From a virus (Duplodnaviria > Caudoviricetes): 64,000 nucleotides of DNA. The notes beneath the pieces are model-generated. The model was not told the origin of the DNA. It saw only the letters and a program-made list of their open reading frames with translations, and ran no database searches. The DNA lies in IMG/VR virus record IMGVR_UViG_3300025934_000014, positions 1 to 64,000 of that record; one strand, 5' to 3'. A program made the translations under genes and the position numbers. This document shows positions 17,770 through 28,841 of the stretch, piece by piece. Positions within the stretch are counted from its first letter, which is position 1; every line of letters begins with the position of its first letter.

Positions 17770-20270
17770 ATGGCGACGACGATCACGTTGCAGGAATACA
17801 ACCGGCGCTGGGAGCGCATCATGACGGCCTTCGCGGAGGGACGTTTGTCGGCAGCAGAGGCATCAGCCGCCGTGCGCGACCTGACGGCGCAGCGCATCCA
17901 GCACGGCGGACGGCGATGACGATGATCCGGCACTACACCAGTTCTTCCCCGACGGATGCCTCGGCCGCGTTCGCGACCAAGCCCCCGATGCGCATGCAAG
18001 TCACGGTGACGGACGCCGAGGGTGTCTCGACACTGGTGGCCGAAGTCGTCGCGCCATTCGACGCGTTCGGGGCGTTCCAGCCCGGTGGTGGGTACTGGGA
18101 ACGCTGGGTCCGCGCACGGATGGCCGCAGGCAAGCCTGCTGGGGGTGCGTGCCTGCAACGCGCCGATCTGCCGCGCCTCTGGGATGGGCCGGTCGGTTCG
18201 ACGTGGCGGCTCGACCCGGACTGGCTCCGCCGCCGACAGGAGTCGCTGCAATGGTGATGACACTGGTGGAGATCGCGCTGGTGGACTTGGGCGCGAACCA
18301 CAACGGCCGCGTCGTCCGGCGCAACATTTACGAGAAGGCCGACGGCCGACGCGTGATCGTGGACCGAGGGCGGCACATCCCGGTGGTCTGCATCAACTCG
18401 CGAGCCAAACGCCGAAGCTGGGACATCGCGTACGTGACGACGCGATGATCACGCACGAACAGCGCGTCGAGTTCCTGCGCCTCGCGGGGGCGTGGGACAC
18501 GCAACCCCTGACGCCGGTCGTGGGGATCGTGGCTGGCGTCGTTCACGCGGTCACGCCGACCGAGTGGGTGCTGCTGCACCAGAAGCAGCGACTACTGGAC
18601 AGCCTGAATCGGACGATGCGAGCGAGGAGCAAGACGCGGTGATCGATCCGACGATGAACGCGAACGGCCGCTACATCCTGAACGCACTGGGCGAGCCGCA
18701 GTTGTGCCCGGACCTCGTGACGTGGGCGAAATGGTACGAGGCCGCAGATCGCACGCTGGAGTTGACGCCGATCAGTGAGGACGTGCGCGTCTCGACGGTG
18801 TTCCTCGCGCTCGATCACAACTTCACGCGCACGGGCCAGCCGCTCCTCTGGGAGACACTGGTGTTCGGTGGCCCGTTCGATGGCGAACAGTATCGCTACC
18901 ACACGCGGCAGCAGGCGCACGTCGGACACGAGCGCATGGTGGCGAAGTGTGGAGGCCGGGCCGCGCCGGTGCCGACGACCACGCGGCGGATCGACCTCGA
19001 CTGAGGTGACGCATGCGACGACGACTCGATGTACTGCGGAGGCTGGAGACGATGCCGAAGGGCGCGACGACGATTACGGTGACGATTGTGACCAAGCCGA
19101 CGGACTCGGGCCGGGTCAAGGTCAACGTGGGGATGCACGGGATCCAGTGGGCCGACGGGTTCAGCCGCGCCCAGCGCGAGGCGATCACGGAAGCGATTGG
19201 CGAAGCGATTGGCGGCGTCTTCAAGCGAGGGCATCACGGAGGACCGGACGCGCCGCTCCTGACCGTGACGCGTGACCTTGTCCTCTAGGCGCAAGATTTT
19301 TATCCGGTCCTCTCCGAAGCCGGAGCGGCCTCGCCAGTGCCCGGCGTGTCTCACCATTCACGATGCGGTGACGGAAATCTCGACCCAGCACAAAGCGCCG
19401 GGTCCGCCGCAGCCGAAGCCGGGCGACGTGACGTTCTGCTCTCAGTGCGGGACCGTGCTCGTGTTCACGGACGACGGGTTTCGGATTGCCACCGCCGAGG
19501 AACACGCGGCGCTCAGTCCCGATCTGCATCGCGTGATGGAGGTCTGGGAACAGTTGCGCCAGAAACGTAAGGGTGAATCGGGGCAATAAACCGTTCTGTT
19601 ACTATTTCCACCGACTCCGGAGGCGACGACGATGATCGATGGAGCTATGACTGATTCCGCTCCTTCCACGCTCAAGGCTGTCCCCGCGCGACCCGCTGCT
19701 ACGCAGGGCATCGTGCTGACGGCGGACGAAGCGCGTCTGCTCCAGTCGCTCTGGCGCTGCGACGAGCGCGTGGACTGGGCCGCGTACGACCGGCTGAAGG
19801 CTCGCATCCTCGCGCTCGTGCTCTGATGCGCTGGTGGGTCGGGGCGACCGCCCTACTGGTCGGCGCGGTCGTGCTCATGGCGCACGGTTCCCGGCAGTAT
19901 CGCGTGGAGACAGACCGCCGGGCGGCGGCGCGGCGCAGCGTCTGGCTGCGCTGAATCCTTTCACGGTACCGTGAAGGGCGCAGGGTAGAATCCCGCCGTG
20001 CCTGACACCGTCCCGGTCCCCGGCGTCCTTGACTACACCACGGTTGGGGATCCGACCCAGTGGAAGATGCTGTGCCAAGAGGCCAGCGAGTCCGAGGGCT
20101 GGGTGCGCGAGACGAAGGCCATCGACATCCCGGCCGTCGGCGTCCTCGTGCAAGTCACGACGCGACAGGTCTACTTCAACGGGACCAGTGCGGTCGCGCA
20201 GGCGCTGGCGTTCGTGCCCGGCGTCCGGGTCGTAGACGACGGCACCGGCGGTGCTCGGCTCGGCGTGTAA
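17770..20270 (+). CDS. Run of small hypothetical genes (17770-17919, 17916-18257, 18251-18448, 18445-18642, 18639-19004, 19013-19288, 19272-19589, 19632-19826, 19998-20270)
   Basis: Coupled stops/starts. 18639 has VSTVFLALDH...PLLWETLVFGG, a common phage family; 19272 has CPAC...PGDVTFCSQCG. Confidence 0.65.
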
Positions 20271-20974
20271 TGCACCTCCCCATCACACAAGCCAACCTCC
20301 TCGACTGGTTCCCGGCTCCGCACACGGAGAACCCGCTGGCTGGTGGGGACTGGTGGCAAGTGCAAAGCCTCGGCCTCCTCGTGGCGCTCCAGTTCATGCG
20401 GCTCCTGCCCGACACGCCGACGCGCCAGCAGGCGCTGGTCGAACTGCGCCGGGCGGTGGACACCGCGCTCCTCGACATCCCAACGCCAGACGACGACGAG
20501 ATCCGGTCGCGCATGGCGCAGACGCTCGCGCCGTGGTGCCCGACCCCGTTCGAGGTCGTGGAGGAGATGCTGGACCTCGCAGAGGTGGGGCCGGGCGACC
20601 ATCTGCTCGACCTCGGCAGCGGTGACGGCCGCGTGGTGTTCGCGGCGACGAAGCGCGGGGCGTACGGCCGTGGCATCGAGATCGACGCGCGGTTCGTGGC
20701 CGAGGCGAACGAACGTGCGGCCGAGGACGTGCGGTACGTGACCGCGTCGTTCCAGCACGGGCGCATCGAGGACAGCGACTGGGGCCAGCCGACCGTGGTC
20801 ACGTGCTATCTGGTGAGCAGCGCGATGGCGGTGCTGGTGGATCGGTTCCGTGCGCTGAAGCCGGGCACGCGCATCGTCTCGCATGGCTTCCCGATCCCCG
20901 ACTGGGAGCCGCATCGGGTGACGCGCACGGCGGATGCGCTGGTCTTCCTCTGGGTCGTGCCGACCCCAACATAG
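20270..20974 (+). CDS. Class I SAM-dependent methyltransferase with an N-terminal helical hairpin domain
   Basis: PWCPTPFEVVEEMLDLAEV...LLDLGSGDGRVV...GIEID...LKPGTRIVSHGFPIPDWEP. Confidence 0.85.
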   Translation: MHLPITQANLLDWFPAPHTENPLAGGDWWQVQSLGLLVALQFMRLLPDTPTRQQALVELRRAVDTALLDIPTPDDDEIRSRMAQTLAPWCPTPFEVVEEMLDLAEVGPGDHLLDLGSGDGRVVFAATKRGAYGRGIEIDARFVAEANERAAEDVRYVTASFQHGRIEDSDWGQPTVVTCYLVSSAMAVLVDRFRALKPGTRIVSHGFPIPDWEPHRVTRTADALVFLWVVPTPT

Positions 20975-21039
20975 ACGGCCGACGAGATTTTTCACCCCCG
21001 CGTGTTGTAGGGTGACGGCATAATGGTCCGGCTTTCCGC

Positions 21040-22947
21040 ATGAAACTGACGGATCTCATTCCACCGATCTTCCGCCGCGACCTCAGTCAACAGGGCGTGC
21101 CGTCGGCTCCGATTCGTGGCGTGGCCGCGCAGGAGCACGGCGTCTCCGGCACCGAGAACTACGGTGGCACCATTCGCCGGGAGGATTACAACCCCGACTT
21201 CGATGACTGGCAGAAGGCCGTTGCGCAGTACGACAAGATGCGCCGCACGGACGCCAACGTCCGCGCCATGCTGCAAGTCATCAAGCTCCCGCTGCGCGGG
21301 GCGACGTGGCAAGTCAACGCGGCCAGTTCCGATCCGGTAGACAAACAGATCGCAGAGTTTTGCAACGGGGCGTTGTTCGAGGACGACTCGATGGACGACT
21401 CGTGGGACTACACGCTGCGCCACATCCTGATGCAGTTGGAGTTCGGCGTCTCGGTGCTGGAGAAAATCTGGAAAGTGGACGAGCAGGGCTTCTATCGCTT
21501 CAAGCGACTGGCCCCGCGCCTGCCGAAGACGCTGCGCGAATGGCACGTCAACCGGGAAGGCAAGCTCGAACACATCGTGCAGTACGCGCCCGTGCCCTAC
21601 GCGGCGCGTGACTCACGCGGGAACAACCGGGCGGCGATCTACGGTGGCTCCGTCAGCTACCAGTACCTGACCATCCCCGCCGAGTACTGCGCGGTGTTCG
21701 TGCTCGACCGCGAGGGCGACAACTACCACGGGATGTCGCTGCTGCGGAATATCTATCGCAACTGGTTCTTCAAGGACGAGGCGTACCGCATCATGGGCGT
21801 CGGCCTCGACCGCTGGGGCGTCGGCATTCCCATCATCGCGCTGGAGGAGGGCAACACGCTTTCGACCGGCGACCTCGGGTTGATCCGGGAGATTTTGCGG
21901 TCGGTGCGTGCGAACGAAAAGTCGTACATGGTGACGCCGGAGCACACCGCGTTTCGTATCGAGGGTGGGAACAGCGGACAGGGCACGGCCGGGCAGTTCG
22001 GCATCTCATGGATCGAGCATAACGATTCGCAGATGGCGCGGAACGTCCTCGCGATGTTTCTGGCCTCCGGGCAGAACAACCAAGTGGGCACGCACGTCGG
22101 CTCCGGCTACGGCTCGCGCATCACCGATATGTTCATCTCGTCGCTCGACGGGATTGCGAACGGCATCAACGGCGATCTAAAGAACAGCGTGATCAAGCCG
22201 CTGTGCGACTTCAACTTCGATATGTCGCGCCGGAAGTATCCGGACCCGGTCTGCCTCGACCTCGAACAACTCGATCTCACCGCGCTGGTCAGCGTGCTCG
22301 CCCAGTTGCAGGGCACGCTCATCACGCCGCAGGACGACGACGAAGCGGTGCTGCGCAAGATGCTCGGGTTGCCGCCGCTCGCGCCCACGCGCTCGCGCGA
22401 GGCGAAGTCCGAGAAGGCCGCGCAACCGGGTGACGCGTCGGCTGTGCCGCAGCAGGGCGATGGCACGAACGCGGGTGATGCGACGAACCCGAATCGACCG
22501 GGGCCGGGCGAGGAACCGCCGGACCAGCAGCAACAGGCCGAGGGCGGCAACCCAGACGACCAACAGGGCGGCGAGCCGACGCCGAAACATCCCGGCGCAC
22601 CACGTGGGGCCGCACCGCCGCCGCACGCGCGGATGCCGCCGATGCACATGACGGACGACGAGATGGCGTTCGCGCTCGACTGGGACGAGGGCCAGCATCC
22701 GCGCAACGAGCGCGGCCAGTTCCTGACCGCCGCCGAAGGTGACGCGACGATTACGCGCATCCTCGGCCCGAAGGCGAATCGGGCGAAGCTGACCATCGAC
22801 ACGTTCCACCGGATGAAGCCGAAAGACCTTGACGATCTCCACTCCGCGTACGGAGCCATCGCGGCCGACCCACACACACCCGCCGCAGAGCGCATGAGCG
22901 CACGCGCGGTGCAGGCGGCGATCACGGCCACGCGCCGCCATCGGTAA
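21040..22947 (+). CDS. Portal protein (DUF935 / Mu gp29-like) with a C-terminal extension
   Basis: YDKMRRTDANVRAMLQVIKLPL, FGVSVLEKIW, GMSLLRNIYRNWFFK, DRWGVGIP, VIKPLCDFNF; Pro/Gln linker then DWDEGQHPRNERGQF. Confidence 0.9.
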   Translation: MKLTDLIPPIFRRDLSQQGVPSAPIRGVAAQEHGVSGTENYGGTIRREDYNPDFDDWQKAVAQYDKMRRTDANVRAMLQVIKLPLRGATWQVNAASSDPVDKQIAEFCNGALFEDDSMDDSWDYTLRHILMQLEFGVSVLEKIWKVDEQGFYRFKRLAPRLPKTLREWHVNREGKLEHIVQYAPVPYAARDSRGNNRAAIYGGSVSYQYLTIPAEYCAVFVLDREGDNYHGMSLLRNIYRNWFFKDEAYRIMGVGLDRWGVGIPIIALEEGNTLSTGDLGLIREILRSVRANEKSYMVTPEHTAFRIEGGNSGQGTAGQFGISWIEHNDSQMARNVLAMFLASGQNNQVGTHVGSGYGSRITDMFISSLDGIANGINGDLKNSVIKPLCDFNFDMSRRKYPDPVCLDLEQLDLTALVSVLAQLQGTLITPQDDDEAVLRKMLGLPPLAPTRSREAKSEKAAQPGDASAVPQQGDGTNAGDATNPNRPGPGEEPPDQQQQAEGGNPDDQQGGEPTPKHPGAPRGAAPPPHARMPPMHMTDDEMAFALDWDEGQHPRNERGQFLTAAEGDATITRILGPKANRAKLTIDTFHRMKPKDLDDLHSAYGAIAADPHTPAAERMSARAVQAAITATRRHR

Positions 22948-22952
22948 CGACC

Positions 22953-24035
22953 ATGCGCATCGTAGGCACACGTGCAGACGGCACCCAGTGGGTCACGCTC
23001 GACGGCGGGATGGCCGTGCTGCTACGTGCTGACCGGTGTTCGCCGCCGGTCGATCCGCACGTCATCGAGGGACTGGGGCCGTGGACGTTCGCGGCGGTCG
23101 TGCGCGACGGTGACGAGCAGCGCGTGCTGGTGCGCCGACTGGAACGCGCTCGCACGGTGGCGCTGCACACATTCTTCCTCGGGGATGCCGAGGGCCATCC
23201 GTTTCGTGGCAACCAGTGGACCGATGGCACCGGCGGCGGCGGCGGCGAAAGCAAGGACGGGAGCGATCACCATCCGTCGTTGACCGAAGTCCAACGGTCG
23301 ATGCAGGAGGCGATTCGCCAGCAGCGCAGCAAGCCGGTGCATGAAGTCAAGACCACCGAGGAGGCCGTCAACCTCATTCTGAAGGGTGAGAACGTCGAAC
23401 TGGCCGATACGCGACAGGTCCACACGGTGCTCAAGCTGCTGGCCGAGAAGGCGCTGGAAGCGCAGGCGGCGGGTGGGCAAGCGAAGAACTGGGATCCCTG
23501 CACGGTCACGGTGAAGGGCGCGAGCATCTTCTGTCAGGAGACGCTGAAGACCGAGAAGTTCAAGGAGGGCATCCCGCGCATCGAGATGCCGCAGTTCAAA
23601 TCCAAGAACCCGATTCCCGGCAGTGCCGCTGACAAACTGCCGCGCGATGCGAATGGCGAAGTGAACGCCGCGCAAGCGTTCCTCGCGCACCTTCGGGAGT
23701 CCGGCGTCAAGACGCACCCCGACGAAGTGCTCTCGCGGAAGCTGAAGGCCAGCCAAGCGGAGATGGAGGGCACAAAGGTCGCGGGGATGATGCTCAACCC
23801 GCACTTCGATCCCAAGTCGGAGAAGAACCGGATCTGGGTGTCCCGAGATAACTACGTCATCGACGGCCATCACACGTGGGCGGCGGCGGTCGGGCGCGAT
23901 GCGGAAGACGGCAATTTGAACAACGACGCCAAGATGAAAGTCACGGTGGTCGATATGCCGATGTCGCAGATTTACCACCTCTCCACGGAGTGGACGCGCA
24001 AGCTCGGCATCCCTCCCGCTGGCGTGAAGAAATAG
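22953..24035 (+). CDS. Tagged ParB/Srx-like domain protein
   Basis: LGDAEGHPFRGNQWTDG tag, then GIPRIEMPQF...LKASQAEM...IWVSRDNYVIDGHHTWAA. Confidence 0.75.
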   Translation: MRIVGTRADGTQWVTLDGGMAVLLRADRCSPPVDPHVIEGLGPWTFAAVVRDGDEQRVLVRRLERARTVALHTFFLGDAEGHPFRGNQWTDGTGGGGGESKDGSDHHPSLTEVQRSMQEAIRQQRSKPVHEVKTTEEAVNLILKGENVELADTRQVHTVLKLLAEKALEAQAAGGQAKNWDPCTVTVKGASIFCQETLKTEKFKEGIPRIEMPQFKSKNPIPGSAADKLPRDANGEVNAAQAFLAHLRESGVKTHPDEVLSRKLKASQAEMEGTKVAGMMLNPHFDPKSEKNRIWVSRDNYVIDGHHTWAAAVGRDAEDGNLNNDAKMKVTVVDMPMSQIYHLSTEWTRKLGIPPAGVKK

Positions 24036-24046
24036 AAGGAGACGAT

Positions 24047-24508
24047 ATGCGTGTCGCTGGCACTCGCGAGGATGGCGCACTCTGGTTGACGCTCGACGGC
24101 GGCATGTCCGTCATCCTGTGCGAAGACCGGTGCTCGCCCCCGATGGATCCGCAAGCCGCCGAGAAGCTGGGGCCGTGGCGCGATGCGCACGGCGTGAGCG
24201 GCGGGGATCGTCGTGAACTGACGCGACGACTGGACAAGGCGCGGACGTTCCCGCTGTCCACGTTCGCGCTCGATGTGCGGAAGGTCAAAGTCTCGACCGT
24301 CCACGGGAAGAAGAAGCTGAAGTTCGAGTACGAAACGGACGACGGCAGCAAGGCCATCGGCGTCGAGCCAGACGTGACGACGGACACCGACGAAGAAGGT
24401 GCCGCGCACGAGGCGACCGAGACGCCAGCCGAAGAAGCCGCCGAACCACCTGACGAGGAAGTCGCGGGTCCGGCGCAAGTCAAGAAGTCGTTCCCGTTCG
24501 CGAAGTAA
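24047..24508 (+). CDS. Paralog of the N-terminal domain of 22953-24035
   Basis: [35 protein letters not shown] versus MRIVGTRADGTQWVTLDGGMAVLLRADRCSPPVDP. Confidence 0.75.
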   Translation: MRVAGTREDGALWLTLDGGMSVILCEDRCSPPMDPQAAEKLGPWRDAHGVSGGDRRELTRRLDKARTFPLSTFALDVRKVKVSTVHGKKKLKFEYETDDGSKAIGVEPDVTTDTDEEGAAHEATETPAEEAAEPPDEEVAGPAQVKKSFPFAK

Positions 24509-24551
24509 CCGTCGCGGCGGCGGCGGCACAGTCGAAACGGAAGCGGGACCG

Positions 24552-27500
24552 GTGGACGACTTTCGCAACTTTTCCTATTCCACGGTGGCGGGTGCTCCGG
24601 TACCCGCCAACACCGGTACCTCGCTGTCCGTGCAGCCGGGCCACGGCGTGCGCTTCCCTGCGCCGCCGTTCAATGCGGTCATCTGCGCCGCGAATGAACT
24701 CCCGATCTATCCCAACGCCGAGATCGTCCGCGTCATTGAGACGGCGGGGGACGTGTTCACCATCCAGCGCCTCGCGGAGGAACCGTTCCGCGAACGCGTG
24801 GTGGTGGTGGGCGATCAGATTTACGCAGGCATCACCGGCCACACGCTCGACTCGCTGAAGCTCGGCGTGCAGGGTCCGCCCGGACCCGAGGGACCAACGG
24901 GACCAGCAGGCGATCTGGGACCGCCCGGACCGCCGGGACCACAAGGCCCGACCGGTGCTGACGGGCAGAACGGTCAGCCGGGTGTCGATGGTCCGATGGG
25001 TCCGGCCGGACCTCCGGGCCTCGACGGGCCGCAGGGGCCGCAGGGACCGCAGGGCAACACCGGCGATCCGGGGCCAGTTGGTCCCGAGGGACCGGTCGGT
25101 CCGCCCGGCCAGCAAGGCATTCAGGGCATCCAAGGCGTGCCCGGCGCGGACGGTCCAGAGGGACCGCGAGGGCCGACCGGTGCGACGGGTGACACGGGGC
25201 CGCGAGGCGATCAAGGCGTGCCCGGTGCGCCCGGCCCGGAAGGTCCGCAAGGTCCGCAGGGCGAGCAGGGCGACCAAGGCACCGGCCTCTCGGTGCAGGG
25301 CAGCGTGCCGTCCGCTGGCGATCTGCCGACGCCGGGCAACCCCGGTGACGCGTGGTTCGCGGAGGACTCCGGGCATCTCTGGGTGTGGGATGCGGCGAAC
25401 GGCGTCTGGATCGATGCCGGACAGGTGCAAGGCCCGGAAGGTCCGCCGGGACCGCAGGGGCCGCAGGGGACGCAGGGACCGCAAGGGGATCCGGGCGCGA
25501 CGGGTCCGACGGGCGCGACCGGGCCGACCGGGCCGACGGGCGCTCAAGGCATACCGGGCGATCCGGGGACGCAGGGCGCGACCGGTGCGCAAGGGCCAGC
25601 CGGAGCCACGGGCGCGACCGGAGACATCGGCCCGGCCGGGCCACAAGGGCCAGAGGGTGCGCAAGGCGTGCCCGGCCCAGAGGGACCAGAGGGACCGCAG
25701 GGCGATCCCGGCGCTGGCCTCGCGATTCACGGGAGCGTGCCGACAGCAGGCGATCTGCCGCCGGTTGGTGCGCCCGGTGACGCATGGATCGCGGCGGACA
25801 CCGGCCACCTCTGGGTGTGGGACGACGACACGGACACGTGGGTCGATACCGGGAACGTGCAGGGGCCACCCGGACCCGCAGGCGTGCAAGGGCCAGTCGG
25901 CCCGGTAGGTCCGGAGGGACCGCAAGGCGTTGACGGGCCACAGGGCGTGCAGGGGCCGCAAGGGATTCAGGGTATCGAGGGACCGGAGGGACCGAAGGGC
26001 GAGCAGGGCGATCCGTCTCCCTCCGCGTCGTGGTTCCCGTACCGGATGAACGCGAACACCACGCCGCGTGACCCCGGCGCGGGAAACGTCTGCTGGAACG
26101 ACGCCGACCAACTGGCGGCGACCTCGCTCTACATCGACTGGCTGACGAGCGACGGGTTCGACGCGCACCTCATGTTCGCGGCGTTGCAGCCCGGCTCGTT
26201 CATCTACGTGCAGGACCGCGACCTCGCGGTCACGTACCAGAAGTGGGAACTGGTCGAGTACATCGGCTACTCGGACTGGTTCGAGGTCCGCGTTACGCTG
26301 GTCGAGCAGGGTGGCTCCGCCACGATGGGCAACAACAAGCCCATCGTCCTCGTGATCGTCGCGGTCGCACCGCAGGGACCGATTGGTCCCGTCGGTCCCG
26401 CTGGTCCCATCGGGCCGCAGGGCGAGACAGGCGCACAAGGCGAACAGGGTCCGCAGGGTCCGCAGGGCACGCCCGGCGACAACGCGACGTTGCCGACGGC
26501 ACCTCTGGGTCAGGTGCTCATCTCACAGGCTCCGGGCGTCCAGCCGATCTTCAGCACACATCCGTTGCTGATGGCCCCGGACGCGCTCTTGTCGTTCCAA
26601 GACAGACCGAACAGCCGCGCCTACACCATCGGGTTGCACCCGGAGTTCGACTCCGGCAACTTGGAGTTCGGCCGCACCGATGCGCCGCTGAAGGCGACCG
26701 TCGGGTTCTTCGGCAACACCGATGGCCTCGACAACGTCGGCTGGGGCTTGTCGGCGGGTGGCCGTCTCCTGTTCAAGATCGTCGGCGGACAAATCGTCTT
26801 CACGCCGAGTGAGGGCGGCGGCGCGGGGAAGGTGCAGTTCGGTCGTCGCTATCAGGACAGCAGTCCAGCAGTCGGCGCGGCCGTCGAATGCTGGCCGACG
26901 ACGACACAGGTGGATCCCGCGCTCGCGGTGATGACGCCGGGCGGCGCGAGTGCGACGTGGTGGGTAGATCGCCTCGGCGTCATGAACGCGCCTGCGGGAA
27001 TCGCGAGTCCCGTGCTGGTGCAGGCGGCGAACCCCGGTGTGGTGCTGGTCGATACCTCGCGTCCAGCGGACCAGCGACGGTGGCACATCTGGACGACTGG
27101 TGGGTATCTCCAGTTCGATCTAGAGAACGACGACGGGAGCTTCCAAGGGCGTCCGGCGTTCATCGACCGGGACTCGGGTGGGCACTTCCGGTGGAACGGC
27201 GCGATCTCCGGCCCGGTGGTTGTGCTGAACAACCGTCTTGAGTTGCAGGAGGTGCCGGTCGCGAATCTCTCGGGGCAGACCACCGGGGCGCTGGCGAGTT
27301 TTCTCGACGCCTCGACCGACGTAAACGGCGCGGCCATTGCGACCGGTGGCACGAAGCACGTTCTCGGTCGGTGGGACGGTACGAATTGGCGCGTGGTCGG
27401 TGGCGCGAGTGCGGCCGTGGTCGCGCACGCTACGACCCATGCGGTCGGCGGCACCGACCCGATCACAATCACGGCGCTCGCGGGATTCCCCGGCGGCGCA

Positions 27501-28838
27501 ACGACGTTCCTGCGCGATGACGGCGTGTTCGCGGCGGGTGTCTCGGGACCGATGGGTCCACAAGGCCCACAAGGTGCGACGGGTGCCACGGGTGCGACAG
27601 GTCCGCAGGGTCCAACTGGTGCGACCGGAGCACAGGGACCACAGGGCGATCAGGGACCACAAGGACCACAAGGTCCGCAGGGTAATCCAGCGTTCGTGCC
27701 CGACCTCGTGCAGGCGCGGCTCCTCGGGCGCGGGGGTGCGAGTGGCCCCGGTCAGCCCGAACCGATTGTGCTGGGTACGAACCTCTCGTTCAGCGGCACG
27801 ACACTCAACGCGGTCGGCGGCGTGCCGGGCGGTGCGACGACGCAGCTTCAGTTCAACGACGGCGGCGTGTTCGCTGGCGATGCCGGGCTGACATTCAACA
27901 AGACGACGAAGGCACTCACGGTCGGCGGCGACATTGTCGGCGGGGCATCACCGCTGGCGCTGCATCTGGCGACGGCTGCTGCGAGTGACACCAGCTACCT
28001 GATCTTAAGTGGCGCTGGTGTCGTGGATCATTTGCGCGGGGCGTACATCTTCGTCGCTGGCAATCAGAACAACAATCCCGGTCGCGTCCAGTTGCAGCCG
28101 GGGAACGTCGCCAATGCGAAGACGGTCATTTGTCGCTCCGATGGCAACCCGGCGCTGACCATCGACGGCGCGACCGGTGCGGCGCTGCTGTCGAACGGTC
28201 GCATCGTGCTCGGCCCCGACGGGTCGGCAGACGGCGGTGGCGGCAATGGCGCGACCATCGTGCGGGACACGCTGGATGGCGCGGACAACGGCTATGTGTA
28301 TATCGGTGGCGGCGGCGGCGTGGTTGACACTGCGCGTGGCGCACGGCTCCTGATCACTGGAAACGAGTTCGCGTATCCGGGCGGTGCTGTCATCTACACC
28401 GGCAACGCGGCTGGGTGCGCGGTGTCGTTGCGCGATTCGCAGGGTGTCATCGGACTGAACTTCGATGCCGACTCGCTGACGGTGAGCCAGCGTCGTCCGG
28501 TCACGGTCATCGGCGCAGTGCCGGTGTATGACGGCCCGACCACGAATCTCACGTTCGACTTGAAGACGGGTAGTGCATTTCAGGCGTCCGGCATCGCTGG
28601 CTCCTTCAACATCAAGTTCAGCAACCTGCCGCCGTCCGGCGTCGAGTATGTCTGCTCCATTCAGTTCGACATGGGTGCGGCCGTCGGGGCGGTGACGTAT
28701 CCCACTGGCACCGTATGGGACGAGGACGTTGTGCCGGTGTGGCCGGGCGCGGGGCGCACGATGATCCTTGGCTTCTCGACGCTCAACGGCGGCGGTCGCT
28801 GGCGCGGCTACGTCGGCGGCAGGAACTTCCCGACGTAG
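24552..28838 (+). CDS. Collagen-like (Gly-X-Y) virion fibre protein
   Basis: Long GPQGPxG runs; twice-repeated GSVPxAGDLP..G.PGDAW.A.D.GHLWVWD module; beta-rich C-terminus. The start is uncertain (GTG 24552). Confidence 0.85.
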   Translation: MDDFRNFSYSTVAGAPVPANTGTSLSVQPGHGVRFPAPPFNAVICAANELPIYPNAEIVRVIETAGDVFTIQRLAEEPFRERVVVVGDQIYAGITGHTLDSLKLGVQGPPGPEGPTGPAGDLGPPGPPGPQGPTGADGQNGQPGVDGPMGPAGPPGLDGPQGPQGPQGNTGDPGPVGPEGPVGPPGQQGIQGIQGVPGADGPEGPRGPTGATGDTGPRGDQGVPGAPGPEGPQGPQGEQGDQGTGLSVQGSVPSAGDLPTPGNPGDAWFAEDSGHLWVWDAANGVWIDAGQVQGPEGPPGPQGPQGTQGPQGDPGATGPTGATGPTGPTGAQGIPGDPGTQGATGAQGPAGATGATGDIGPAGPQGPEGAQGVPGPEGPEGPQGDPGAGLAIHGSVPTAGDLPPVGAPGDAWIAADTGHLWVWDDDTDTWVDTGNVQGPPGPAGVQGPVGPVGPEGPQGVDGPQGVQGPQGIQGIEGPEGPKGEQGDPSPSASWFPYRMNANTTPRDPGAGNVCWNDADQLAATSLYIDWLTSDGFDAHLMFAALQPGSFIYVQDRDLAVTYQKWELVEYIGYSDWFEVRVTLVEQGGSATMGNNKPIVLVIVAVAPQGPIGPVGPAGPIGPQGETGAQGEQGPQGPQGTPGDNATLPTAPLGQVLISQAPGVQPIFSTHPLLMAPDALLSFQDRPNSRAYTIGLHPEFDSGNLEFGRTDAPLKATVGFFGNTDGLDNVGWGLSAGGRLLFKIVGGQIVFTPSEGGGAGKVQFGRRYQDSSPAVGAAVECWPTTTQVDPALAVMTPGGASATWWVDRLGVMNAPAGIASPVLVQAANPGVVLVDTSRPADQRRWHIWTTGGYLQFDLENDDGSFQGRPAFIDRDSGGHFRWNGAISGPVVVLNNRLELQEVPVANLSGQTTGALASFLDASTDVNGAAIATGGTKHVLGRWDGTNWRVVGGASAAVVAHATTHAVGGTDPITITALAGFPGGATTFLRDDGVFAAGVSGPMGPQGPQGATGATGATGPQGPTGATGAQGPQGDQGPQGPQGPQGNPAFVPDLVQARLLGRGGASGPGQPEPIVLGTNLSFSGTTLNAVGGVPGGATTQLQFNDGGVFAGDAGLTFNKTTKALTVGGDIVGGASPLALHLATAAASDTSYLILSGAGVVDHLRGAYIFVAGNQNNNPGRVQLQPGNVANAKTVICRSDGNPALTIDGATGAALLSNGRIVLGPDGSADGGGGNGATIVRDTLDGADNGYVYIGGGGGVVDTARGARLLITGNEFAYPGGAVIYTGNAAGCAVSLRDSQGVIGLNFDADSLTVSQRRPVTVIGAVPVYDGPTTNLTFDLKTGSAFQASGIAGSFNIKFSNLPPSGVEYVCSIQFDMGAAVGAVTYPTGTVWDEDVVPVWPGAGRTMILGFSTLNGGGRWRGYVGGRNFPT

Positions 28839-28841
28839 GTC

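Noticed and set aside
24870-27690. 9-nt periodic DNA as a second guide array
   Set aside because: It is explained by Gly-X-Y collagen codons within a continuous ORF.
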